64,000 bases of DNA from Candidatus Poribacteria bacterium. GTDB lineage: Bacteria > Poribacteria > WGA-4E > PCPOR2b. Location of the stretch: the NCBI GenBank assembly GCA_965215015.1, contig OZ244042.1:3200001-3264000 (forward strand). The letters are read 5' to 3'. Below, one piece after another: positions 41,460 to 51,470 of this stretch (positions are counted from its first letter, which is position 1; the number at the start of each line of letters is the position of its first letter). A program made the position numbers and the translations under genes. A model generated the notes under the pieces. That model searched no databases. It was not told where the DNA came from and was given only the letters and a program-made list of their open reading frames with translations.

Positions 41460-42248
41460 TTATTCGGTCCACAGTTTGCTGTTATCGGTCAGAATCTCCG
41501 GTCCGTCAGAAAGGATAACAACGGTATGCTCGAAAAGCGCGGAGAGGCTGCGATCTGTGGTAACGGCAGTCCAGCCATCGTCAAGCACACGTGCTTCGGA
41601 GTTGCCCATGTTGACCATCGCCTCAATGGCAAGTGTCATGCCTGCCATCAGCCGTACACCCCTGCCCGCATCCCCGTAAGTGGGGATTTGAGGCTCTTCG
41701 TGCAGTTGCCGACCAATTCCGTGCCCGGAGAAATCCCGAACTACCGAGAATCCGTGCGATTCGGCACCGTTCTGTAGCGCAAAGCAGACATCACCTAGTC
41801 GGTTGCCGGATTTTGCTGCCTCAATGGCATGATAGAGAGACGCTCTTGTGACATCAAGCAATTTTTGAGCTTCCGGGGCGATCTCCCCAACCGGAAATGT
41901 GAAAGCGTTATCGCCGTGATAACCGTCCAAAAAGATTGCCGTGTCAATCCCAACAATGTCTCCCTCATTTAGCAGCACATCCTTGCTTGGAATGCCGTGA
42001 ACAATTTGCTCGTTGAGCGACACGCAGATTGTCGCCGGATAAGGATTATGTCCCGGGAATTGATAGCCGAGGAACGATGAGATTCCGCCCAACTCGTTGA
42101 TGGTTTGACGCGAGATCTGATCTAATTCGTAAGTTGAAACGCCGGATTTAATTGCCTCTCCGATTCGCTGCAATATGGTTGATGCGGCTTTACCGCTCCG
42201 TCGCATCGCTTCGATTTCGGATCGGGACTTGATTCTAATTTTTGTCAT
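41460..42248 (-). CDS. map: Methionine aminopeptidase type I
   Basis: VHGIP, DIVGID, HGDNA, GHGIG..LHEEP, AIE, EHTV. Confidence 0.95.
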   Translation of the reverse strand: MTKIRIKSRSEIEAMRRSGKAASTILQRIGEAIKSGVSTYELDQISRQTINELGGISSFLGYQFPGHNPYPATICVSLNEQIVHGIPSKDVLLNEGDIVGIDTAIFLDGYHGDNAFTFPVGEIAPEAQKLLDVTRASLYHAIEAAKSGNRLGDVCFALQNGAESHGFSVVRDFSGHGIGRQLHEEPQIPTYGDAGRGVRLMAGMTLAIEAMVNMGNSEARVLDDGWTAVTTDRSLSALFEHTVVILSDGPEILTDNSKLWTE

Positions 42249-42280
42249 AATTTGTAGCTTGTAATGCGTAAAGAAGCCCC

Positions 42281-43021
42281 TTACGTATTACGCATTATTT
42301 TTCTATCACTGATAATTTTTATGAGAGCGGATTGTGCGGCGTCCGCTGCCCCCGGAATGTCCCACCGGGCGGGCTGGCGATCTTCGGCCAGATTGCTGAT
42401 ACCGCGCACTTCCAGAAATGGGACGTTGTATAGCGTACAAATATGGGCGGCGGCAGCACCTTCCATACTTTCACACAGCGCATCGAAGCGAGCGTGGAGG
42501 GCATCTCCGACCGCCTGAACGCCGCTGCACTGCGAAACGGTTACAAATGTGCCGCACTTCAGTCCACAAATTTCGGCAGCAGTTGAAACCAGTTGCGAAT
42601 CGAGTGGGAAACGATTGAAGTAAGGCGGGGTCCCGCGCACCAAGGGAATCCCAATCTCGTCCGCAGGTTTCCAACCTTCGGGCGTTACCACGCCGACATC
42701 GCCGTAAATCTCCTCCGTCGCCAGCACAACAGATCGGATCGGCAAATCTGCTGGCACATAAGCGCCGCCGATCCCAAATTGGATAACTAAGTCAGGCAGT
42801 TGCCCCTCAAGTTGACAAGTCAGCGCGTGTGCTGCGTTGACAGTACCGATACCGGTGTGAAGCAGCGTGCATCGCCAGCCGCATAAATTCCCGACAATTA
42901 CTGTTTTGCCTGCGTGTTGGGCGGTTTCGGCGTCTCCGAGAGCACTTTGGATAGCACCGGATTCGAGCTCCGTTGCGCTAACCAGCAGCAGATTCGGCTT
43001 AGCCATCTGGTTCATCCTCAA
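42281..43021 (-). CDS. mqnB: Futalosine hydrolase
   Basis: SATELE, GIGTVNAA, GIGGAY, EEIYGDVG, TVSQCSG, ESMEGAAAA, EVRGISN. Confidence 0.85.
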   Translation of the reverse strand: MRMNQMAKPNLLLVSATELESGAIQSALGDAETAQHAGKTVIVGNLCGWRCTLLHTGIGTVNAAHALTCQLEGQLPDLVIQFGIGGAYVPADLPIRSVVLATEEIYGDVGVVTPEGWKPADEIGIPLVRGTPPYFNRFPLDSQLVSTAAEICGLKCGTFVTVSQCSGVQAVGDALHARFDALCESMEGAAAAHICTLYNVPFLEVRGISNLAEDRQPARWDIPGAADAAQSALIKIISDRKIMRNT

Positions 43022-43083
43022 TGATATAACCTATTACAATTCATTTTGGCTCATGTCAAAAGGAAGTGCAATATGCTAAGAGC

Positions 43084-43111
43084 AACCGAGTTTTTTCGGC
43101 AAAACTCGGTT
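43084..43111. repeat. Hairpin (terminator-like or REP) between miaB and mqnB
   Basis: AACCGAGTTTT-TTCGGC-AAAACTCGGTT. Confidence 0.5.
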
Positions 43112-43145
43112 TTTGCTGCACGATTTCTTAATATGAGCCTTCATT

Positions 43146-44537
43146 TTATAGTGGCGCAGCAACAAGCGATCCAATCAATGTATGTGCTGTTACAGACTCG
43201 ACTTTCACACGCACAAGATTGCCAACCTGAGCACTCTCCTTCGGAAACACAGCTGTTTTGAACCCATCCGTCTTTCCTTGGTATCTGTCCGAATCCCGCC
43301 GCGATTCTCCTTCGACCAAAACCGCTACGGTTTCACCGATCAATCCTTGATTGATTTCATGGGAGATGCCCTCTTGCAACGCAATAATCTCCTTCAAACG
43401 ACGCCCTTTCTCTTCCGGGCTCACATCGTCGTCGAGGGTTTTGTGAGCAAGTGTGCCTTCGCGAGACGAATACTTGAACATGAACGCCGAGTCGTAGCGA
43501 ATTTCAGCCATTAGATTGTAAGTCTCCATGAAGTCAATCTCTGTCTCCCCACAGAAGCCGACAATCACGTCTGTGGAGATTGAGAGATTCGGGATGCGCG
43601 CTCGCATTTTGGCGACAAGTTCTCGGTACGCTTCCGCTGTATAAGTACGTCGCATTGTCTCCAGCACCCTTGTTGAACCGGATTGCAGCGGCAGATGGAT
43701 GTAGTTGCAGACCTTATCGCAGCTCGCCATCGCGTCAATTAAGTCATCGGTCGCATCACTCGGATGTGGCGAAGTGAAGCGTATCCGTTCAATCCCCTCA
43801 ACTTCGCTCATTGCGAACAGGAGGTCTCCGAAATTATGCGTTCCATCGTTATACGAGTTCACCGTCTGACCGAGGAGGACAACCTCTTTGAAACCTTCAT
43901 CAACAAGCCGTTTCACATCATCAACTAGCAGGTGTATCGGGATGCTTCGCTCGCGTCCACGTACAAACGGCACAATGCAGAAGGTGCACATCTTGTCACA
44001 CCCACGTTGGATGGTCAACCAGGCGCGAACGCCATCTTTGCGAATGGGAGCAATGTCCGCATAATCCTCGCCTTTATCTAGCTTCAAACCCAGAAATGGG
44101 TCACCTGTCGTCACGGAGTTGATTGCCATCGGTAGATTCCGGTAGGCGTCGGGTCCCAATACGAAATCCACATAAGGTGCAGCATCAATCAGTTTTGTCT
44201 TCATGTGTTGCGCCATGCAACCGCACACACCAAGCACCAAATCGGATTGCCTCCGTTTTCGATGATGTAGGTGTATGAGGCGATTGAGCACCTTCTCTTC
44301 AGCATTTTCGCGGATGGCACAGGTATTAAGAAGCACAACGTTGGCATTTTCTAGCCGATGTGCCATTTCATAGCCATTTCGGGTTAAGATACCCGACATC
44401 AACTCGCTATCGCTCACATTCATTTGACAGCCGTAGGTTTCGATATAGACCCGCCGACCGACCTGTGCCTGAGGTATGCTGACAGGCTCCAACGTTGGAA
44501 CCGCTTTGTATAATGGTAATTGTGTTTTGGGATTCAT
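43146..44537 (-). CDS. miaB: tRNA-i6A37 methylthiotransferase
   Basis: TYGCQMN, NTCAIRE, GCMAQ, CDKMCTFC, LGQTVNSY, RFTSPHP, TRAM domain. Confidence 0.95.
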   Translation of the reverse strand: MNPKTQLPLYKAVPTLEPVSIPQAQVGRRVYIETYGCQMNVSDSELMSGILTRNGYEMAHRLENANVVLLNTCAIRENAEEKVLNRLIHLHHRKRRQSDLVLGVCGCMAQHMKTKLIDAAPYVDFVLGPDAYRNLPMAINSVTTGDPFLGLKLDKGEDYADIAPIRKDGVRAWLTIQRGCDKMCTFCIVPFVRGRERSIPIHLLVDDVKRLVDEGFKEVVLLGQTVNSYNDGTHNFGDLLFAMSEVEGIERIRFTSPHPSDATDDLIDAMASCDKVCNYIHLPLQSGSTRVLETMRRTYTAEAYRELVAKMRARIPNLSISTDVIVGFCGETEIDFMETYNLMAEIRYDSAFMFKYSSREGTLAHKTLDDDVSPEEKGRRLKEIIALQEGISHEINQGLIGETVAVLVEGESRRDSDRYQGKTDGFKTAVFPKESAQVGNLVRVKVESVTAHTLIGSLVAAPL

Positions 44538-44618
44538 TGCTGTATTAACCTTTATTGAGCTATGCTTTCAGCGTTTTTTTATCGGTATCATTTCCCTCCG
44601 AAACTGTCGAGGACCGGG

Positions 44619-45443
44619 TCACGAAAACCAGAGTTTCATCGCAGTTTCGCCTAAGATGGCAGCTTTTTCCGATTCGCTTAACCCCAAATGTTCCTGAAAG
44701 ATTGCGAGGTGCTGTTGGTACGTTACCTTGGGAATCCAAAGTGATGTCGGAAAGTCGCTACCCCATATACATCTCTCCGGCGTGTAAGTGTCGATGATCT
44801 GCCGGACCCCCTCAAACATATCGCGGCAAGGAAATTCCTCCTCAGATCCGGTGACAATAAATGACAGTTTGGCGTATAGATTCTCGAATTGCGCGAGCTC
44901 CAGAACCGTTTTCAGATTATCAGAATCTGGAAAATCAGCGGCGTTCAAATTGGCACAGTGGTCTAGAACAACAGGAACCTCAGGAAATGCTTTAAGCAGA
45001 TTCGCCAATGAGCGGCAGTTGGGCAGATTAAGTAAAGCGCAGAGTACTACACCCAACCGCTGCGCTGCTTCCCATAGCTGTCGATGTTCCGAGAGGATAG
45101 AGTCATCCGTGGGCCAGCTGGCGGAGACCCGATTTCCGCGGACCCCTATTGCGAGAGCCTCCTCCATCAGACTTACCGATCCTTCGTCAAAGGGATCAAG
45201 GTTCAAAACGCCGGTTGTCCATTCTTGGTTTTCCCGCACAGTATCAATCGTGAGCCGGTTATCATGTTGGTAAACCGTGAAGGTCTGAACGATGACAACG
45301 CGATCGATACTGTTTGCCTCAACCTCGTTTTTCAGGTCTGCTATTGTTCCGCGACCGGGCGGCGGCAGGTAGGGTTCAGGGATTTGCGAATACGTTTCGG
45401 TGTCTTCGGAATAGATATGTGCATGTGTATCGATGATAGCCAT
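44619..45443 (-). CDS. Amidohydrolase_2 family protein
   Basis: IIDTHAH, VIVQ, LDHC, AKLS, WGSDFP; start at ATG 45443 behind AAGGAG. Confidence 0.88.
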   Translation of the reverse strand: MAIIDTHAHIYSEDTETYSQIPEPYLPPPGRGTIADLKNEVEANSIDRVVIVQTFTVYQHDNRLTIDTVRENQEWTTGVLNLDPFDEGSVSLMEEALAIGVRGNRVSASWPTDDSILSEHRQLWEAAQRLGVVLCALLNLPNCRSLANLLKAFPEVPVVLDHCANLNAADFPDSDNLKTVLELAQFENLYAKLSFIVTGSEEEFPCRDMFEGVRQIIDTYTPERCIWGSDFPTSLWIPKVTYQQHLAIFQEHLGLSESEKAAILGETAMKLWFS

Positions 45444-45551
45444 TACTGCTCTCCTTAACGTAAAACGTGATGCGCGAGACATCAAGCGCGGCTCGAAGAG
45501 CCTAGTCATTCGGAAGTGGAATGAACGAATGAGCCCATGACTCCATTGTAT

Positions 45552-46829
45552 TTACTTACCTACTTCTTCGCCTCCATCCATGAAACTCATTTCCTGATTG
45601 CGTTTTCCCAGATTCTGGTATTGCTTTGTCAAGTTCAACACAATCCCTGACCAGAGGATTGCCATCACCATCGCGGTGATAGAATATGCTGCCCCCGGAA
45701 TTGCTAGGACAAAGCCGATCAAGGTAATCACACCGGCACTGCCGCCTTTAGCCAATCGATAACCGAAGGAATCAATGACCTGTTTCGCTCGATAGCGGGC
45801 ATCGAACGACAAAGGGATATAAAAAATCTCTTTCGCGGCTCGAAAAAGAGAGTAATCCAATGCCTTGAAAAGCAGAAATGCGGTCGCCCCACTCCGCAGG
45901 GAAGGTGCTAGAGTCAGCACCGCACCCGCAATCAGATGAATCAGCGGAATGCCCGGATGTAGGATGCGAATCGGTATAAATCGCAATACAAAACCCGCAC
46001 AGAGTTGCAGAACAAAAGCAGAGATACCAAGCCACTGCCCATAAAATCGCCCGTAGAAAGCGGTTCGCATATCTTTGTCAGCAATATCAGTTTCGACCAA
46101 TCCATTAAATCGTAAATCTAACACCGTCGAAACGACCTGCGTCGTCAGAATGAGCAGAAATAGGAAAACGAGATAGCGGGAACGTGCGAGCACCTTCAAC
46201 CCGGTATGTCCCTGTCGGCCGCCCCGCTCTGTGGCTGCGGGTTGTGGCTCACCTGCGGCAGTATAAGCGAACATTGCGAATAGTGCCGCGGGCAGTAACG
46301 AACCTGCTGCGAATAGCAGCAACACTTCAGACCCCAAAGACGGAGCGAGATGCGCGACCAGCGAGCCGCCGGTAACTGAACCGATTGTTGCAATGGCGCA
46401 GAAAGGTCCATTGATCCAACGCGCCTGCTTAGGGTTTAACGTACTATTAACGAGCGACCAATACTGTTCGATGATTAACACAATGTATGCTTCACGGAAG
46501 AGGTAAATCACCGCTGTCGAGATAGCGTAGCCCATCAGAATCAGATTGTAGCAGCTTCCAATCAGGCCCGCGGACAAGATTGACGTCAACAGCAACGCGC
46601 GTTTTGCACCCAACCACGACAGCAGCCTGCCGTAGAGATAAAGCAGCAAGAAGACGCTAGGCGGCACCGCTACCATCACCCGAGGCAAGTTCTTCGCACC
46701 GTAGGCATCGATGAACAAGGAAGTTGATACTGCCCGAATAAACTCGTAGCCGCAGAGCAAAAAGCTGCCTGCCACGGCGATTGAAAGTGCTGCGAGGAGT
46801 GTTCGTTTCGGGAAAATCTGTGTTATCAC
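45552..46829 (-). CDS. NTT/TLC-like (nucleotide exchange transporter family) MFS protein
   Basis: About 12 TM; GYEFIR, QYWSLVN, KALDYSLFRAAKEIFYIPL, YRAKQVIDSFGYRLAKGG. Confidence 0.75.
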   Translation of the reverse strand: MITQIFPKRTLLAALSIAVAGSFLLCGYEFIRAVSTSLFIDAYGAKNLPRVMVAVPPSVFLLLYLYGRLLSWLGAKRALLLTSILSAGLIGSCYNLILMGYAISTAVIYLFREAYIVLIIEQYWSLVNSTLNPKQARWINGPFCAIATIGSVTGGSLVAHLAPSLGSEVLLLFAAGSLLPAALFAMFAYTAAGEPQPAATERGGRQGHTGLKVLARSRYLVFLFLLILTTQVVSTVLDLRFNGLVETDIADKDMRTAFYGRFYGQWLGISAFVLQLCAGFVLRFIPIRILHPGIPLIHLIAGAVLTLAPSLRSGATAFLLFKALDYSLFRAAKEIFYIPLSFDARYRAKQVIDSFGYRLAKGGSAGVITLIGFVLAIPGAAYSITAMVMAILWSGIVLNLTKQYQNLGKRNQEMSFMDGGEEVGK

Positions 46830-47142
46830 TGTACCAATTCCAATTTTTTGAGCGGTGAGTTCCTATTGTAGCTTACAGACTCGAATCTTGTTCTACTGCT
46901 TGGGCTCGCCTATGGACCTCCTCAAACCGGACGTGGGCGAGGCATCCAAAAAGTGGTTGTCTTGACAGACCAATCCGCGTTAATCGTGGATATGTAGGAC
47001 AGCTTAGTAATATTATTCGTTCAAACCTATACCATAGTATTTACCCTATCGAGCCGCATGTGTAAATATAACCCATTCGTTCCCAAAAGGCAAGCCTCTT
47101 TTTCAAGATGAGAATCTTCCCTACAATGCGTGATATTTGTGC

Positions 47143-47355
47143 AGGGCAATTGCATATAAATTATTGTGTGGCCTGGTATACGACAATCGAAATCGAATCG
47201 TAGCTATAGAGCATACCCTCAATCTGATCGGAGCTTCCTAACCTGTAATCGTGCCGTAACCAATGCACCAACGCACGAATGAACACATCGGTAGTCCGCA
47301 TATAGTAGTCGGTATACTCCGTATGCCGTAACCCCCTTACAAATGCAATTCCCCT
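47143..47355. repeat. MITE-like element with internal REP hairpins
   Basis: AGGGCAATTGCAT / ATGCAATTCCCCT inverted ends; similar end AGGGGAATTGC at 270. Confidence 0.5.
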
Positions 47356-47425
47356 ACTTTAGATGTGGACACGGTTGATAGAATTTGATATAATGAGATA
47401 ATGTCAAAACAGAGAGGGTGTTATT

Positions 47426-47827
47426 GTGCAACAACAGAACCAACCTGCTAAAAGTGATAAAGGCCTTCGAGGATTCCTTCCTTGGATTATTCTCGGTATA
47501 GGTCTGCTAATCGTGCTTGTGGGGATTATTGTCAGCTCCACGCTAAAAGATAAGTCTCCGCCACGACCTGTGGGACAAGTAGCACGCATCCCGAAAGTCA
47601 ATCTTATTATTCATTCCAACGTTAGTGGGGCGGAAGTCTACCTGAACGATCAACAAAAAGCACTAACTTCTGATACACACCACAAAGCAATGCTATTCAA
47701 CCTAGCACCGAAGACATATCAGATTACGGTGAAGAAACAGGGGTATGCCGATCGGACGGAGACAGTAGAAATCACAGGACAAACCATCTCCCAAACTGTG
47801 GAGATCAATTTGCAACCTGGGGAATAA
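47426..47827 (+). CDS. PEGA domain membrane-anchored protein
   Basis: TM helix, then IHSNVSGAEVYLND...YQITVKKQGY. Confidence 0.8.
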   Translation: MQQQNQPAKSDKGLRGFLPWIILGIGLLIVLVGIIVSSTLKDKSPPRPVGQVARIPKVNLIIHSNVSGAEVYLNDQQKALTSDTHHKAMLFNLAPKTYQITVKKQGYADRTETVEITGQTISQTVEINLQPGE

Positions 47828-47836
47828 TCAAGTGGT

Positions 47837-48877
47837 ATGGACTGGATACGTTTCGGGCACCCCCACTTCCTATATCTGCTATGGGGCACGCCGTTCTTTA
47901 TCTTACTCTACATCTACGCATTTCGGCAAAAGCGAAAGGCGTTCCAACGCTTCAGCAGCCACCATTTTTTCCAAAAGCTCACAGAATCCGTCCACTTTGG
48001 GAAACAGAAGGCAAAAGCGATATTAATGTCCCTCAGCTACACTTTTCTTGTGCTTGCCCTTTCGCGCCCCCAAATTGGAACGACCCTCGAAATAGTCAAG
48101 CGGAGTGGGTTGGATATTATGATCGGATTAGACATTTCCGCGAGTATGTTGGCGGAGGACATCAAACCGAATCGGCTGCTCAAGGCGAAGCACGCCATCT
48201 CTTCGTTTATTGACCGGCTAGAGGGTGATCGGGTGGGCCTGATTGCGTTTGCGGGGGAGAGCTTCGTCCAATGCCCATTGACCATCGACTACGCTGCGGC
48301 GAAACTCTTACTTGATGCCCTCAATGTGGATACTATCTCACAAAGTGGCACCGAGATTAGTCAAGCCATCAAGATCGCGGCATCCAGCTTCAACCAGGAG
48401 GAAGGTAAGTACAAAGTCCTGCTCTTTTTCACAGATGGTGAAGACCACGGAAAGCAGGCAATTGAAGCAACAGAAGCAGCAGCTAACCAGGGGATACACA
48501 TCTACTGTGTTGGTGTCGGTTTGCCCAATCAGGGAACGCCAATTCCGCTTCGCCAGTCGAATGGTGAATTCCGGGGGTATAAGCACGATCGAAATGGCAA
48601 GCCTATCGTGACGAAGCTAGAAGATACGCTGTTACGAGAAATTGCACAACTGACAAACGGAAATTATTACCAAGCCACAGTGGGCGAAGCAGAAATAGAT
48701 CGGCTGATCGCAGAACTGGCGGCAATTGAAAAACGCGAGATTGAGGAACGACAATTTACGCAATATGAGGATCGGTTTCAGTATTTCTTGGCATTCGCCC
48801 TATTATTTTTGGTGTGGGAGTTTCTGCTGTCTGAGTCTCGCCCCAACAAGTCAACCGCTATTAGGGAGGAGATCTAA
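47837..48877 (+). CDS. VWA domain protein (BatB-like)
   Basis: BatA_N-like N-terminus, LDISASMLAEDIKPNRL, GDRVGLIAFAG, PLTIDY, FTDGEDH, C-terminal TM. Confidence 0.88.
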   Translation: MDWIRFGHPHFLYLLWGTPFFILLYIYAFRQKRKAFQRFSSHHFFQKLTESVHFGKQKAKAILMSLSYTFLVLALSRPQIGTTLEIVKRSGLDIMIGLDISASMLAEDIKPNRLLKAKHAISSFIDRLEGDRVGLIAFAGESFVQCPLTIDYAAAKLLLDALNVDTISQSGTEISQAIKIAASSFNQEEGKYKVLLFFTDGEDHGKQAIEATEAAANQGIHIYCVGVGLPNQGTPIPLRQSNGEFRGYKHDRNGKPIVTKLEDTLLREIAQLTNGNYYQATVGEAEIDRLIAELAAIEKREIEERQFTQYEDRFQYFLAFALLFLVWEFLLSESRPNKSTAIREEI

Positions 48878-48891
48878 CCCCAGTTGCCATT

Positions 48892-49608
48892 TTAAGTGAA
48901 GAACTCCTCATCATGTGGACGCAAATCCAACTCAAACGTCCATGCGCTCGCAGGTTGTTGTACCAAGCTCCAGTACGCTTCAGCGATGTCATCAGGCAAC
49001 AACAACGGTTCATCTTCCGACAACTGGTAACGCTCACGGACGCTCGGTGTGTTGATAACCCCATCAATGATAACATGGGCGACATGAATCCCTTTCGGTC
49101 CCATTTCCCGTGCTAATGCCCATGCCAACCCACGTACCGCAAATTTCGCACTGGAAAAAGCAATCGCCCCCGCTCTGCCGCGGATAGCAGAGGTGGCTCC
49201 TGTGAAGATAATCGCCCCGCTCCTCTTTTCGACCATATCTGGCACCGCCTGTTGGGTGCAGAGGAACGATCCGAAAGCGCAGACCTCCCATGAGCGATGA
49301 AAATCTTCGGCAGTCAATTCGTCAAACTCACCCCACGCTGCGTTACCCGCGTGATTGATGAGAATGTCCACCCCTCCCAATTCCTCGCGGATTGTGTTGA
49401 AGCTAGTTTCAACCATTTGAAAATCGGTGATGTCGGTCGGTAGTGCGAGTGCCTTTGTGCCTGATGCCTCTAGTTCAGCTGCTAGGGTTTGGACATAACC
49501 TGATGAGCGGGCAAGTAACCCTACCTGATACCCTTCAGATGCGAATTTCCGCACGAGCGACGCGCCAAGTCCGGGCCCAACACCTGAAATTACAGCGGTT
49601 TTTTGCAT
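48892..49608 (-). CDS. Short-chain dehydrogenase/reductase
   Basis: GVGPGLG, NHAG, TGATSA, FSSAKF, HVAHVIIDG, TFELDLRP. Confidence 0.9.
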   Translation of the reverse strand: MQKTAVISGVGPGLGASLVRKFASEGYQVGLLARSSGYVQTLAAELEASGTKALALPTDITDFQMVETSFNTIREELGGVDILINHAGNAAWGEFDELTAEDFHRSWEVCAFGSFLCTQQAVPDMVEKRSGAIIFTGATSAIRGRAGAIAFSSAKFAVRGLAWALAREMGPKGIHVAHVIIDGVINTPSVRERYQLSEDEPLLLPDDIAEAYWSLVQQPASAWTFELDLRPHDEEFFT

Positions 49609-49732
49609 TTTAATTTCTCCCATTTCTGTTTAGATATTTTTCTAGAACTTACCCGGTTGAGCCCTCGACGCCAACGCCAGAAAAGGTCCGCAATGTTCAT
49701 CGTTGGTTCAGCCGTGACTCGGGCGGCTGCTA

Positions 49733-49852
49733 CCCCCCCCTAACCCCCCCGCAAGCGGGGAGGAAATCGGCTCAGTCCCCCCCGCAAGCGGAGGGGAAGG
49801 AGCGCAAGCGGGGGGATTAGAGGAGGGTGCCCCGCACGGGGGGAGGGGGGGA
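49733..49852. repeat. Cluster of CCCCCGCAAGCGGGG hairpin repeats
   Basis: Three to four C-run/GCAA/G-run units of the same family as 54631-54975. Confidence 0.7.
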
Positions 49853-50332
49853 CGACATATGGGGTATGCCGACTCCCTTAAAGACGCGGGTTGAATTGCG
49901 CTACTACAAACTCAAGTGGGTAACTCCTATTTTCAATAGATTCAGTACTTTAACCATACTATCATTACCCCCAATTGATGTCCAGTCCAAAAAATACTGC
50001 AAGTCACACCCCGTAGGTGGGGCCTCTTGCTTCACTCACGCCCGACTTGATACATTTTTCTAAAAAACTTGCATTTAATTTGAGGGATGTGCATAATTAT
50101 TGTCTGAATCACGGATAAGCGAACGAAGCAGCCACCGCGCTGTCATGCCTTCAGCAAGCCAAATATACAAAAGCCCAACAACCCGACAGAAATCCTCGCT
50201 ACAGCAGAGCGATATGTCTATAGAATCACGATACCAACAATTCCCGCGCTCCAGCGGAGCGCAATGTATATAGCGGGTGATAGGTTTAATCTACATAAAG
50301 ATAAATTCCATATTACGCATTCGGAGGATTAC

Positions 50333-51466
50333 ATGCACGATTCACGATTGGAGAAACTTGCAGATGTACTCACAACCCACTCAACCAAGGTACAGCCCGG
50401 TGAGTATGTTCTGATTGAAGGGTTTGATATTCCACAAGAGATGGTTATTGCCTTAATCCGCGCGGTGCGTGGGGCTGGCGGTATACCGCTCGTCGAGATT
50501 AAGCAGAATCGCATCCAACGCGAGCTGCTCCGAGACGCCGACGAGGAAGGGCTCAAGCTGATGGGTGAATGTGAAGGTTACCGGATGAAACAGGTACAGG
50601 CGTATATCGGCATTCGTGGCAGCCAAAACATCGCCGAGATGTCTGACGTGCCAACAGAGGGGATGCGGGCTTACGAAAAGCACTGGCTGACCCCCGTTCA
50701 CTTCGATATTCGTGTCTCCAAGACAAAGTGGGTAGTGCTACGTTGGCCTTCACCATCAATGGCGCAAAGTGCAAAGATGAGTACCGAAGCATTCGAGGAT
50801 TTCTATTTTGACGTGTGCACACTCGACTACAATCATATGGAAAAGGCAATCTCACCGCTCAAAACCTTGATGGAGGCAACGGACGAAGTTCATATCACTG
50901 GACAAGGAACGGATCTGAAATTCAGCATCAAGGACATCCCCGTCATCCCCTGCACCGGTGAAAGGAATATCCCCGATGGCGAATGCTTTACCGCCCCCGT
51001 CCGTGAATCGGTCAACGGTGTTATCCGCTTTAATACGCCGACGCTCTATCAAGGGACAGTGTTTAACGATATTTGCCTCTACTTTGAGAACGGTAAAATT
51101 GTGGAGGCATCTGCAAATAACAGCGAAAAACTTAACAACATCTTCGATACAGATCCGGGCGCACGATATATCGGTGAGTTTGCTATCGGATTTAATCCGT
51201 ACATCAACGACCCGATGCTTGATATTTTATTCGACGAGAAGATTGCGGGATCTTTTCACTTCACCCCCGGACAGGCATATGAGGACGCAGACAATGGCGT
51301 TCGCTCAAGTGTCCATTGGGACATGGTGATGATTCAAACACCTGAACATGGTGGCGGGGAGATCTCCTTTGATGGGAAATTGATTCGGAAAGATGGCCGG
51401 TTTGTTCTCCCTGAGTTGGATGGACTTAACCCTGAAAATTTGCTGTCGGCATCGGGAGCGGATTGA
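50333..51466 (+). CDS. Aminopeptidase (M29 thermophilic metalloprotease family)
   Basis: GTDL, NIPDGECFTAP, IGEFAIG, LFDEKI, HFTPGQAY, SVHWDMV; ATG at 50333 behind GGAGG. Confidence 0.92.
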   Translation: MHDSRLEKLADVLTTHSTKVQPGEYVLIEGFDIPQEMVIALIRAVRGAGGIPLVEIKQNRIQRELLRDADEEGLKLMGECEGYRMKQVQAYIGIRGSQNIAEMSDVPTEGMRAYEKHWLTPVHFDIRVSKTKWVVLRWPSPSMAQSAKMSTEAFEDFYFDVCTLDYNHMEKAISPLKTLMEATDEVHITGQGTDLKFSIKDIPVIPCTGERNIPDGECFTAPVRESVNGVIRFNTPTLYQGTVFNDICLYFENGKIVEASANNSEKLNNIFDTDPGARYIGEFAIGFNPYINDPMLDILFDEKIAGSFHFTPGQAYEDADNGVRSSVHWDMVMIQTPEHGGGEISFDGKLIRKDGRFVLPELDGLNPENLLSASGAD

Positions 51467-51470
51467 ACCG

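Noticed and set aside
50008-50040. CCCCGTAGGTGGGG resembling an NAD+-I aptamer
   Set aside because: It matches the reverse complement of REP-like hairpins at about 10058-10086 and 31486-31513 and precedes an aminopeptidase gene.
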